A stretch of DNA of 64,000 bases. Origin: an uncultured bacterium. Its GTDB lineage: Bacteria > CSSED10-310 > CAZUFC01. Positions within the stretch are counted from its first letter, which is position 1; the number at the start of each line of letters is the position of its first letter. The DNA lies in NCBI GenBank assembly GCA_964619725.1, contig CAZUFC010000007.1:64664-128663 (forward strand), read 5' to 3'. Shown piece by piece: positions 47,072 to 56,123 of the stretch. The notes below the pieces were generated by a model, which was not told where the DNA came from, did not search any database, and was given only the letters and a program-made list of their open reading frames with translations. The translations under genes were made by a program, and so were the position numbers.

Positions 47072-47851
47072 ATGAAAAATTCAAAAGATGATGATGATAA
47101 AGTTTTAATTAACAGCAAAAGATTTCAAAGCTTATTAAGCCTGAAAATTCCGCTTACTATTAAAATCGGCAATCAGAAACTTTCTTTAAGAGAAATTTTA
47201 AATATTCAGCCCAGACAGGTCATACCACTGAATCAGAATGTCGATGATCCGGTCGATGTCTATGTTCATGACACTAAATTCGGTACAGGCGAAATGTACA
47301 TTGAATCCATGAACTACTACTTTAACGTGCTCGAAACTCTCGAACCGGAACAGCGTCTCGCAGCATTGACCGAATCAGGAAACATCATTCACGTCCAACC
47401 GGAAGCGGATATAAACCACGACGAACAGGAAGAGGAGGAAGAGGAGCAAGAGTCTGAAGCGGCTGCAGATGATGAGCCTGACGAATCGGATGAATCTGAA
47501 GAAATGATCGGCCGGAAAACCCAGGAAACGGAAGCCCCTGAAGCTGAACTGGAGCACACTGCAGAAGAAAAGGATAATGCGGAAGTTTCCGGCTTTGATG
47601 CAGAGGATGCTCCCGGGAGTGATCATTCAGACGAAAATGCGGAAGAGGATGACTCTGACTCGGAGTCGTCGCCTGATAAGGACGAACAGGTAAAAAAATC
47701 CCACGACTCTGACCAGGCAGCAGCAGAAGAAGAAGAAGAAGAAGAAGAAATGCAGAAACAGGCGAAGTCGGCTGAACGGCAAACCCGGGAAGCTGAAACG
47801 GAGGAGGAGCGGGAAGATAAAACGGTAGAAGAGACGAAAGATGAGGAATAA
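47072..47851 (+). CDS. FliN-like protein with long acidic C-terminal tail
   Basis: LLSLKIPLTIKIG..LSLREILN...PVDVYV...GTGE, followed by ~150 aa rich in E/D. Confidence 0.75.
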   Translation: MKNSKDDDDKVLINSKRFQSLLSLKIPLTIKIGNQKLSLREILNIQPRQVIPLNQNVDDPVDVYVHDTKFGTGEMYIESMNYYFNVLETLEPEQRLAALTESGNIIHVQPEADINHDEQEEEEEEQESEAAADDEPDESDESEEMIGRKTQETEAPEAELEHTAEEKDNAEVSGFDAEDAPGSDHSDENAEEDDSDSESSPDKDEQVKKSHDSDQAAAEEEEEEEEMQKQAKSAERQTREAETEEEREDKTVEETKDEE

Positions 47852-47930
47852 AAATCGGATGAACGCCTTCAAGCATTGACTTTATGTTATGAGAACCGGC
47901 AAGGGCTGGGGCGGGATCGAAAAAAAAACT

Positions 47931-47957
47931 TAAGTTAGTGATCTCTTCTGACGATAA
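47931..47957 (+). promoter_or_regulatory. Sigma28 promoter
   Basis: TAAG-N15-GACGATAA versus consensus TAAA-N15-GCCGATAA. Confidence 0.6.
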
Positions 47958-47989
47958 ATATAAATGGACGCTTTCAGGAGAGAGGAACC

Positions 47990-48226
47990 ATGGAAAATTT
48001 ATCAATTGATTTTTCAAGAGTATACGGAATCAACAGACTGAAACCCCAGCCGCACGACAAAAAGAAAGAATCAGCCCCGAGAAGGATCGAAGGCTCGATA
48101 GTGGGAGTGCGCTCTGGGCGAAACACTGATTCCCCGCATTCCAAGATAATAACCCTTCTTGTGGAAAACCAGCCGGACCTGAATAAACTGATGGGCAAAA
48201 AAGTACGCCTGGTCATCATGGAATAA
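47990..48226 (+). CDS. Small hypothetical protein (78 aa)
   Basis: AGGAGAGAGG RBS and an upstream sigma28-like promoter. Confidence 0.65.
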   Translation: MENLSIDFSRVYGINRLKPQPHDKKKESAPRRIEGSIVGVRSGRNTDSPHSKIITLLVENQPDLNKLMGKKVRLVIME

Positions 48227-48281
48227 AGCAAAAATACCGTTCTGATCATCAAGAGCAGCAATTTGTCTATTCAAAAAGAAT

Positions 48282-48535
48282 GGGATTGATCAAACCGGGG
48301 ATTTCAATCGTTCAAACGTTTTATGAAAAAGTGTAACCCCCCGTTTGAACAGTCCCGATTTTTTTCTTTACCTGGGGATTGATCAAACCGGGATTACACT
48401 TTTTTCAAAACGTTTGACAGTTTGTTTCAGTAATCGGGGTCGGTATCGGTATCGTAATCGGTATCGTAATCGAAACAAAATGATAGGATATTCGGAAGAA
48501 CTGCAACCTCAATAGAAGCATTTTTGATCAATGCC
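48282..48535. repeat. Repeat family: inverted pair of left ends (48282-48356) plus full copy (48375-48535)
   Basis: GGGATTGATCAAACCGGG...CCCGTTTGAACAGTCCC, then a full unit with 7 hexamers ending TTTTTGATCAATGCC. Confidence 0.9.
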
Positions 48536-48555
48536 ATTTCCTTAATGACGATCAC

Positions 48556-48571
48556 AGGTATAAATTTTGCT
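48556..48571 (+). promoter_or_regulatory. Possible sigma54 promoter
   Basis: AGGTATAAATTTTGCT (GG-N10-GC). Confidence 0.45.
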
Positions 48572-48627
48572 TCTTTTTTGGAAAGAACTGGTGTGATGTT
48601 CATTCACTCAGTGAGGGAATTTAATTC

Positions 48628-48654
48628 TAAAGTTTCCTTAAGGCGAGTCGATTA
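48628..48654 (+). promoter_or_regulatory. Sigma28 promoter of the nonulosonate operon
   Basis: TAAAGTTT-N11-GTCGATTA versus consensus TAAAGTTT-N11-GCCGATAA. Confidence 0.75.
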
Positions 48655-48708
48655 TTTAGACAGGAACATCGCGTTGATGTTCAGCATCCCGAACAGGATT
48701 GAGAAGAT

Positions 48709-49755
48709 ATGAAAAGCTTCGCTGAAAATAGAAAAAGAGAACATGTTCTAATACGAACAGAAGCCGGCGGTGAGACCGGTTACGGACATTTAATTCGCAG
48801 CCTGGCGCTGGGTAAAGAGTTCCACCGCAGGGGCTGTGAAGTTGATATTTTCATCAGCGGAGATTTCAATCTGCATCCATCGCTAAGTGAGGGAATGAAG
48901 CCGCTCCGAATTATCTTCGAATCGGAGAAAGCCTTTGCAGCGGAAGGTTATGAACTGATCGCAAGTGATTTTCGTTCGGAAAATCTTAAAAAATTATATG
49001 AAGCTTCCGGGATATCGGGGAGAATTCTGCATATGAGCGTTCACGATCTGGGGTTGAACAGGATGGACTCAGATATTGTCGTGGACGGCAGCGTAAAAGC
49101 TCCTGGAATATATTCCAAAACCCAGGGCAAATTTTACTTTTTAGGTCCCGAATACATGATCCTGAGAAGTTCGCTTTCAGCGCTCAAGCGGCCCGCTCCC
49201 GCCAGGAAGAGGCGCAAACCTGTCTGCTTTATGAGTTTCGGAGGAGGCGATCAGATTCGATGTCATGAATTTGCATCAGTAATGTTCGAAACCGCTAACT
49301 TTGAATGTGAAATAATAGTTGCCCCGGGTTTCCATTGCTCAAGAGAAGCCGTTGAAGATATCTGGAGTGCGAAGGGGATTGAAGTGCGTTTTTGCGAACC
49401 GGAAAACGAACCGTGGGAAGAAGGAATACGCGCCGATTTCGCAATCGTGGCCGCTGGGATAACCTTGTATGAGGCGCTGGCATTAGGCGTGCCGGCGTTC
49501 ACCCTGCCTATGGATGAACGGCAAAATGAAACCGCTGATATTTTTTTTCGGAACGGGGCCTGCCTCAATCCGGGGGCTATCGATTCCACCGATGCCTTTT
49601 CTGCTGCAAAACACTTCAAATCATGGCTCGGCGATGCTTCAAAACGAATGCGATCCGCACATATCGGTTCAAAAATGGTCGACTTGCGGGGCGCTGAAAG
49701 AGTGGTTAATTCAACCTTACAACTGTTGAGACATAAACATGAAACGAATAATTAA
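48709..49755 (+). CDS. PseG/SpsG-like nucleotide-sugar hydrolase (GT-B fold)
   Basis: GYGHLIRSLALG, LGPEYMILR, SFGGGD, AAGITLYE and DLRGAERV. Confidence 0.85.
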   Translation: MKSFAENRKREHVLIRTEAGGETGYGHLIRSLALGKEFHRRGCEVDIFISGDFNLHPSLSEGMKPLRIIFESEKAFAAEGYELIASDFRSENLKKLYEASGISGRILHMSVHDLGLNRMDSDIVVDGSVKAPGIYSKTQGKFYFLGPEYMILRSSLSALKRPAPARKRRKPVCFMSFGGGDQIRCHEFASVMFETANFECEIIVAPGFHCSREAVEDIWSAKGIEVRFCEPENEPWEEGIRADFAIVAAGITLYEALALGVPAFTLPMDERQNETADIFFRNGACLNPGAIDSTDAFSAAKHFKSWLGDASKRMRSAHIGSKMVDLRGAERVVNSTLQLLRHKHETNN

Positions 49756-50515
49756 TTATCCGACAAAAACGATCGGCGTCATTCAAGCCCGCATGGGTTC
49801 TTGCCGGTTGCCCGGCAAAGTGATGAAAAAACTGGCCGGCAAGAACCTGCTTGAACGCATCATCAATCGCATGAGAACGGTTCCTGAGCTGGACGATGTC
49901 GTTCTGGCCGCTCCGTATGGAGGGGAAAACGATGAAATAATGCGCGCATGCCGGGAAATGGGCGTAAAATGCATACGCGGCGAAGAACATGACGTTACGG
50001 CACGGTACATCAAGGCAGGAATGGAATGTGGAGCCCAGGTCATAGTCCGCATCACCGGAGACAATCCGTTGACCGATCCCGGCAGCGTATCGAGAGTAGT
50101 CAACCATTTAAAATCTTATGACCTGGATTACGCTGTCGAAGACCTCCTGCCCATCGGAACGTGCGGAGAAGCGTTTACTCTGAAAGCCCTTCTCAAGAGC
50201 TATCGCCTGGCTGACCACACCGCCTATCGCGAACACGTTACTCTTCATTTCAAAGAGCATAGACAACTATACAAAGTGGGCGTCCTCATGCCCCCCGAAT
50301 ACCTTCGGCGCCCGGACATCAGATTGACCGTCGATACCGAAGAAGATTTTTACCTGCTCAACCAGATTTTTAAGATCATGAACGGGACGTCTGAAAAAAT
50401 GTCCCTTAAATCCGTTATCGATCTCATGGATAACCATCCCGATCTCTCTTCCATTAACGCCGGAATTGATCAATGGACGTTCGTTCCGGAAGAAAAGGAG
50501 TTGGCTGTAATATGA
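49739..50515 (+). CDS. SpsF-like cytidylyltransferase (CMP-nonulosonate synthetase family)
   Basis: IQARMGSCRLPGKV, VRITGDNP, REHVT and RLTVDT.ED. Confidence 0.9.
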   Translation: MKRIINYPTKTIGVIQARMGSCRLPGKVMKKLAGKNLLERIINRMRTVPELDDVVLAAPYGGENDEIMRACREMGVKCIRGEEHDVTARYIKAGMECGAQVIVRITGDNPLTDPGSVSRVVNHLKSYDLDYAVEDLLPIGTCGEAFTLKALLKSYRLADHTAYREHVTLHFKEHRQLYKVGVLMPPEYLRRPDIRLTVDTEEDFYLLNQIFKIMNGTSEKMSLKSVIDLMDNHPDLSSINAGIDQWTFVPEEKELAVI

Positions 50516-51543
50516 TTCGTAAATGCAATATTCTAATCACTGCGGCTTCTCGAAGAGTCATCCTCGTAAAAGCGTTCAAAAACGCCTTGGAAAAAATCGG
50601 TCTTGTCGGAAACGTTATTACTGCTGATATTCATAATTACTCATCAGCGCTCTACTTCAGCGACGGGTTTCATATCGTTCCTCCCGTCGACGACAATAAT
50701 TACGGGCAATTCATGCTCGAACTCTGCATCAAAAACAAAATCGATCTCTTAATCCCCACCCTGGATGAAGAATTGACGCTTTTCGGTAAATTGAAGAATG
50801 AATTTCTGGAAAACAGAGTGAGAATAGTCTGCTCGGATGAAGCTACAGCTTCTGTCTGCAGGGACAAATACGAGACTTTCCAGCTTCTGAGGAAACATGA
50901 TCTGCCTTTCGTCCGCACCTGGCTTCCTGATGAGCGGCCGAAGGACTCCCTGGAATTTCCCATATTTTTGAAACCCAGGAGGGGAAAAGGCAGCCAGGGA
51001 GCTCACAAGTTGAATAATCCCCGCGATTATCTTTATTTCATGGATACTGTCGACCATCCCGTCCTTCAGGATTATATCGACGGACCGGAATATACTGTCG
51101 ATGTCCTGATGGATTTCCAGGGCAATGCGATATCCGCCGTCCCCCGACGACGCCTGGAAGTCCGCAGCGGCGTTATGGACAAAGGCCGTACTGAAAAAAA
51201 TGACAGGTTAATTCAATCAGCCCTGAAAATCGCTGAAACTTTGAAAATTCAAGGCCCGGCAAATATCCAATGCAGAATGGCCGACGATAAGCCGCTTTTC
51301 TTCGAAGTGAATCCGAGATTCTCCGGCGGCATAGCCTTGACCATCGAAGCAGGTGCAGACTTTCCCTTCTGGATACTTAACATGTGGCTCGGTCACGACG
51401 TGCCTTCGCAAATTGGAGAATTTGAGGATGATTTGTACATGCTGAGCTGGTCTGATGCCGTGTTTCAAAAATCGTTATCGCAGAATCGTTCTGACTGGGA
51501 GGATACTTCGTGGGATGATGCGATATGTCTTAAGGCCGTATGA
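50512..51543 (+). CDS. ATP-grasp domain protein
   Basis: ILITAASRRV, C.DKY.T, FLKPRRGKGS, GPEYTVD and EVNPRFSGG. Confidence 0.9.
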   Translation: MIRKCNILITAASRRVILVKAFKNALEKIGLVGNVITADIHNYSSALYFSDGFHIVPPVDDNNYGQFMLELCIKNKIDLLIPTLDEELTLFGKLKNEFLENRVRIVCSDEATASVCRDKYETFQLLRKHDLPFVRTWLPDERPKDSLEFPIFLKPRRGKGSQGAHKLNNPRDYLYFMDTVDHPVLQDYIDGPEYTVDVLMDFQGNAISAVPRRRLEVRSGVMDKGRTEKNDRLIQSALKIAETLKIQGPANIQCRMADDKPLFFEVNPRFSGGIALTIEAGADFPFWILNMWLGHDVPSQIGEFEDDLYMLSWSDAVFQKSLSQNRSDWEDTSWDDAICLKAV

Positions 51544-51610
51544 ATCGATGAAAAACTTCATATATTTGCTTTTTCAGTCAATCTTCAATACAAATCGAGA
51601 GTAAAGCGCC

Positions 51611-52714
51611 ATGAAAAAATCAACCCATTCACAGAAAGTTTTATTGGGCGACCGTAAAATAGGTCCCGGCGAACCTGTATTCGTTATAGCCGAGATCGGC
51701 ATCAACCATGACGGGAATCTCGATCAGGCTTGCAAAATGATCGAGGCTGCGGCTGCAGCCGGCGCCGACGCCGTGAAATTCCAAACCTTTCAGGCGGAAA
51801 AGTTGATTTCTGAAAATGAATGCCGCTTGAGTCACGTGGGGGGTGATATTGATCTTTCAGCTTTTTTCAAATCTTTCCAGTTCGATTTTAATCAATGGAA
51901 ACAATTGAAAGAAAAAGCCGATGATTCCGGAATAATTTTTCTTTCCACTCCTTTTGACGAACAAGGCGCCGAATGGCTTCTCAAGCTGGGAGTTCCCGCT
52001 TTTAAAGTAGCTTCCGGCGACCTCACTCATTTGAAACTCCTGAATTTTCTGGCAGAAACGGGAAAGCCGATCATTCTGTCAACAGGCATGGCTACCATGG
52101 AAGAAATAGAAAAAGCCGTCAATCTTATTCAAAAAAACAACTCTCCATTGATACTTCTCCATTGCATAACCAGTTACCCGGCCCCAAATGAAGAATTAAA
52201 TCTTAGCGTCATTCGAACCCTGACCGAACATTTCCCGCTGCCTGTCGGTTACTCCGATCACTCATGCGGTATCTCCGCCTGCCTCTCCTCTGTAGCTCTA
52301 GGCGCTTCTATTATCGAAAAACACTTCATACTCGATTCTTGCGCCCAGGGTCCGGACGCCGCCCACTCCGCAGACCCTGTTCAGCTTGAACAACTGATCA
52401 CCAGCGCTCAGAAAGTCCGTAAGTCTCTCGGCTCAGGGAAAAAAGCCCCTTCAGCATGCGAAATGGAAAACAAAAGAGTAAGCCGGCGGAGCATCTATGC
52501 CAAAACCGATATCTTGCCCGGTCAACAAATTAATGAAAATATGCTCATTTGTTTGAGACCGGCTTCCGGATTCCCGGCCGAAAGATTCTTCGAAGTTATC
52601 GGCGCCTGTCCACGTCGTGTTGTCCGCGCCGGAGAACTGATCACCGGCAAAATGGTCGCTGAATTCCAGTATCCATTTGATCAGAAGGAACAAAAATGCG
52701 AGATAAAAACATAA
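51611..52714 (+). CDS. NeuB/PseI/SpsE-family nonulosonic acid synthase with SAF domain
   Basis: IAEIGINHDG, ADAVKFQ, STPFD, GYSDH, IEKHF and C-terminal RRSI..RP..G. Confidence 0.94.
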   Translation: MKKSTHSQKVLLGDRKIGPGEPVFVIAEIGINHDGNLDQACKMIEAAAAAGADAVKFQTFQAEKLISENECRLSHVGGDIDLSAFFKSFQFDFNQWKQLKEKADDSGIIFLSTPFDEQGAEWLLKLGVPAFKVASGDLTHLKLLNFLAETGKPIILSTGMATMEEIEKAVNLIQKNNSPLILLHCITSYPAPNEELNLSVIRTLTEHFPLPVGYSDHSCGISACLSSVALGASIIEKHFILDSCAQGPDAAHSADPVQLEQLITSAQKVRKSLGSGKKAPSACEMENKRVSRRSIYAKTDILPGQQINENMLICLRPASGFPAERFFEVIGACPRRVVRAGELITGKMVAEFQYPFDQKEQKCEIKT

Positions 52715-52977
52715 AAGTCCTTTTAAACGTTAAATTTCCCATTACTCTTCGCATCGGCTCCAAGGTCCTGCCCCTTAAAGATGCGTCAAACTTAAACGCC
52801 GACAACAGGATCGAATTCGACCAGGCCCTCGGAGACTCCGTTGAGCTGCTGATAAATAAAACTCCCGTATCGAGAGGTAAATTGGTGATGTATAACGGCG
52901 AACCCGCCTACCAGGTGGAAGAAATATTGTCCATCGAAAAACTGCTTAAATCCCTCAACTCGCTCGAAAACCTGTAA
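52696..52977 (+). CDS. Stand-alone FliN-like SpoA-domain protein
   Basis: LLNVKFPITLRIG..L.LKD...VELLIN..PV.RG.LV. AAGGA RBS; overlaps the end of the neuB-like gene. Confidence 0.75.
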   Translation: MRDKNIKVLLNVKFPITLRIGSKVLPLKDASNLNADNRIEFDQALGDSVELLINKTPVSRGKLVMYNGEPAYQVEEILSIEKLLKSLNSLENL

Positions 52978-52986
52978 ATCATTCCG

Positions 52987-53613
52987 TTAATATTTTAAAT
53001 TGAATAATGACAGCGGTTCCAAAAATTCAATTCCTATTTTCCGCTCTTCACCGGGCTCCTTTTCACCGATCCATCTTATTATACCGCTCATCTCAATGAC
53101 ATTCTGCAATGAACCCTTTTGAAAATCGATTTTTAACTTTATTACCCTGTAAACCTGAAATGCACCGTCACACGCCAGCAACGCCCCTTTTCTGGAAATA
53201 TTCTGCAGCGATGCCGAATACTCTCCCCCGTTATAATAACATCGAACAGACATTTCCGCGGCATGACGGATATGTTTACGCTTTTTTCCGCTGCCGCACA
53301 ACTCTGAAAGGCCGGTCGGATATAATGTCGTCAGTCCGGCGAGGTCCTTTATTCCTTTTTCCGCATCCGAATCGATGAGCTTCACTTCTTCAGCTACAGC
53401 ATCTATAACCCTTTTCGTTTTCAAGTCCTCTTTTGCGTTATGATGAGCGTTATCAAATCCTTTTTCGATTATGCTGACCTCTATGTCCGTGACGGCCGAA
53501 AATCGCGGGGTCTCCTTTTTGCAGTTTTTCCTCTTCTTCTTATTAAAAATATACGAACGTCGATTCATTGTCTTTTCCAGGATACTCCCCTGAAAAAGAG
53601 GAGCAATAAACAT
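52987..53613 (-). CDS. PilZ-domain c-di-GMP receptor (start uncertain)
   Basis: RKHIR (RxxxR) and NISRKG ([D/N]xSxxG) motifs, and IGIEF. Confidence 0.85.
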   Translation of the reverse strand: MFIAPLFQGSILEKTMNRRSYIFNKKKRKNCKKETPRFSAVTDIEVSIIEKGFDNAHHNAKEDLKTKRVIDAVAEEVKLIDSDAEKGIKDLAGLTTLYPTGLSELCGSGKKRKHIRHAAEMSVRCYYNGGEYSASLQNISRKGALLACDGAFQVYRVIKLKIDFQKGSLQNVIEMSGIIRWIGEKEPGEERKIGIEFLEPLSLFNLKY

Positions 53614-53953
53614 GCCGTCTGATTCAACTTACTGCAGTCAAAACATAAATATCGATAAATATTTAAAAATAATGACTCTGGCAGCTTATGCCGAAAATTA
53701 CCGGAAACTGGAAAGAGCTCTTTTCATGTGCAGTTCCTGTAAACAGAAAAACATTCATTCAAAAGCTGAACAGGGAAAATTGCGTCGCCGGACTTTTCAT
53801 TCCGGAGCGCCGGAAAGAATGATGCTTGATCGATCCGTTGAAATTATTTATGCTTATTTATCGGGGTCTTGCCCGGCGTTAACTCCGCTTATTCCGGACA
53901 GGACCCTATGGGGTAAAAGGGATCAGAAATTTTGAATTATTCAAGGAGATGAT

Positions 53954-55102
53954 ATGTCGAAGGAACACAATCGTCGCGTTGAGTTTTTCCGGCACGATTT
54001 AGGGAAGGAAGAGCTTGATGCGGTAGGCGGAGTATTTTCTCAATTGTTTTTGACGACCGGCAAGGTCACCTACGATTTCGAAAAGCGTTTAGCCGAAAAA
54101 TTGGAATTAAATCACTCTGTGGCCGTGATGAGCGGTACCGCTGCGCTTCATCTGTCTTTCCTGGCTCTGGGCATAGGTCCGGGAGATGAAGTCATTACGA
54201 CGCCTTTAACTTTTACGGCTACCGCTGAAGCGATCATAAATGCAGGAGCCAAACCCGTTTTTACGGACGTCGATCCTGAAACAGGAAACCTCTCGCCGGA
54301 AAATGCACGAGCAGCCGTAACATCGCGAACCGCTGCAATATGTCCGGTACATCTGTATGGTCTACTTTGCGATATGGATGCCATAAAAGCTGTTGCGGAC
54401 CAATATCGACTCGCTGTCGTCGAAGATGCCGCTCATTCCCTCGAATCCGCCAGAAACGGGTATCGAAGCGGCAGCCTGGGCGATACGGCAGCTTTCAGTT
54501 TTTATGCTACGAAAAGCATCACTTGCGGCGAAGGCGGGGCTATCGGAGTGCAGGATGCCCGGTTATACGAAAAAATACGAAAACTAACCCTGCACGGAAT
54601 AACCGACGGCGCGGCCGAAAGATACAAGGGCGGAGGACATTCATACGACGTTCTAAGCGTCGGGTGGAAATACAATTTAAGCAATATACTGGCTTCCATC
54701 CTGATCCCTCAACTGAAAAGAATCGACCGGAAAAGAGATAAACGGGAATCGATCTGCAGGCTTTATCAGGAGGCTTTTGAGGACCTGGAGGGTTTTGAAT
54801 TTCAGAAAACGCCGGAAAATTCGGTTCATTCCAGGCACATTTTTGCCGTCTGGCTGCCGGAGGGCTCCCGCGATCATTACATAAAAGCCCTTAAAAAAGC
54901 AGGAATAGGCTATGCCGTAAATTTTAAACCTCTTCACCTCATGACATACTATCGCCAGAAATGGGGTTATAAAAAAGGGGACTTTCCCAACGCTGAAATG
55001 ATAGGAGAACGCACGCTATCTCTGCCGCTCTATGCCGACATGCCCGATGAAGACGTCGAAATGGTTATCCGGGTCGTCAGAGATGCTGCCCGTAATAGAT
55101 AA
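53954..55102 (+). CDS. DegT/DnrJ/EryC1/StrS PLP-dependent sugar aminotransferase
   Basis: SGTAALHL, EDAAHS, FSFYATKSITCGEGG and LSLPLY. Confidence 0.95.
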   Translation: MSKEHNRRVEFFRHDLGKEELDAVGGVFSQLFLTTGKVTYDFEKRLAEKLELNHSVAVMSGTAALHLSFLALGIGPGDEVITTPLTFTATAEAIINAGAKPVFTDVDPETGNLSPENARAAVTSRTAAICPVHLYGLLCDMDAIKAVADQYRLAVVEDAAHSLESARNGYRSGSLGDTAAFSFYATKSITCGEGGAIGVQDARLYEKIRKLTLHGITDGAAERYKGGGHSYDVLSVGWKYNLSNILASILIPQLKRIDRKRDKRESICRLYQEAFEDLEGFEFQKTPENSVHSRHIFAVWLPEGSRDHYIKALKKAGIGYAVNFKPLHLMTYYRQKWGYKKGDFPNAEMIGERTLSLPLYADMPDEDVEMVIRVVRDAARNR

Positions 55103-55140
55103 AATAAGAGGATCGGCGTTGATCAAGCATCCGCTTTTCG

Positions 55141-55296
55141 GGGAGTGATCAAACCGGGGTTACGCTTCTGTCAAAACTTTTGACAGTTTGTTTCAGAAAT
55201 CGGGGTCGGGGTCGGTATCGGGATCGCAATCGAAACAAAATGATAGGAGATTCTGTCGAATTAAAACCTCAAAAGACGCTTTTTTGATCAATGCCC
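55141..55296 (+). repeat. Repeat family full copy
   Basis: GGGAGTGATCAAACCGGGGTTAC ... 6 hexamers ... TTTTTGATCAATGCCC. Lies between convergent genes. Confidence 0.9.
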
Positions 55297-55453
55297 AAAA
55301 AAGCGTTGGAGAATCGGATATTTCCATTACGAACACATGAACGAAAATAATGGGCGTTATACAACGACATCAATTTTTGATTCCATCTGACCAGTCCAAA
55401 AACAGCCTATCGTGCCCATCCTTGCACCGGACCCTGTAAACAATAACGAGAAA

Positions 55454-56014
55454 TTAAGCTTTTCTGCTCCGGGTAAAAAAGAATCCGAAAGCCGCTCCGC
55501 ACAATCCGCCGAGTATGTGAGCGAATTGCGAAATCTGATCGCTGCGCGCCATGTCGATGAATTCTCTGGTCAGAAACAAAACCGCAACCAGGATGAAAGT
55601 CAGGGGTATTTCCCCCGATTTTATGTTGGTAAAAGAACTCAAAAGTATCAGCATAAAAACGATGCCGCTGGCGCCGAGAATAATGGAATTGAAAATTACG
55701 GCGTTCAGCACGCCGGTAGCTGCTGCCGTTATCGCTATCATCTCCAGGATCACTGCGCTGCCGTATTTCTCTTCCAGCATAGGACCGATCAGAAGTATAA
55801 ACGTCAGATTACCCGTCAGATGAGCAAGAGACCCATGACCCAGAACATGAGAAAAAGTTCTGAACCATGATACGGGAGAACCCCATTGTAATGCGGGTGA
55901 TGATGTAAAGAACTGAGCGATGATCCTTTTTCCTGAAATCATATCCAGGAAGAAAATCAGGGATGCTGTAAGAGTAAAACTCAATATGACCGGAGAATTA
56001 TATTTGATTTTCAT
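55454..56014 (-). CDS. Rhomboid family intramembrane serine protease
   Basis: HGSLAHLTGN, GASG and AHILGG motifs with multiple TMs. Confidence 0.92.
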   Translation of the reverse strand: MKIKYNSPVILSFTLTASLIFFLDMISGKRIIAQFFTSSPALQWGSPVSWFRTFSHVLGHGSLAHLTGNLTFILLIGPMLEEKYGSAVILEMIAITAAATGVLNAVIFNSIILGASGIVFMLILLSSFTNIKSGEIPLTFILVAVLFLTREFIDMARSDQISQFAHILGGLCGAAFGFFFTRSRKA

Positions 56015-56123
56015 TTTTCTGTTTCTCCTGCCCGGCTCCTTTGTTCTCCTTCTTTCACCACAAATAATATGATAATCGATTATTCCTGTAAAACAGATAC
56101 ACCTTTCAATTCTTTCCTTGAAT

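Noticed and set aside
48432-48475. Hexamer arrays as a possible CRISPR
   Set aside because: No 23-47 bp repeats with unique spacers and no cas genes in the window.
53612-53935. 107-aa ORF between the PilZ and DegT genes
   Set aside because: No recognisable motif; occupies a probable divergent promoter region.
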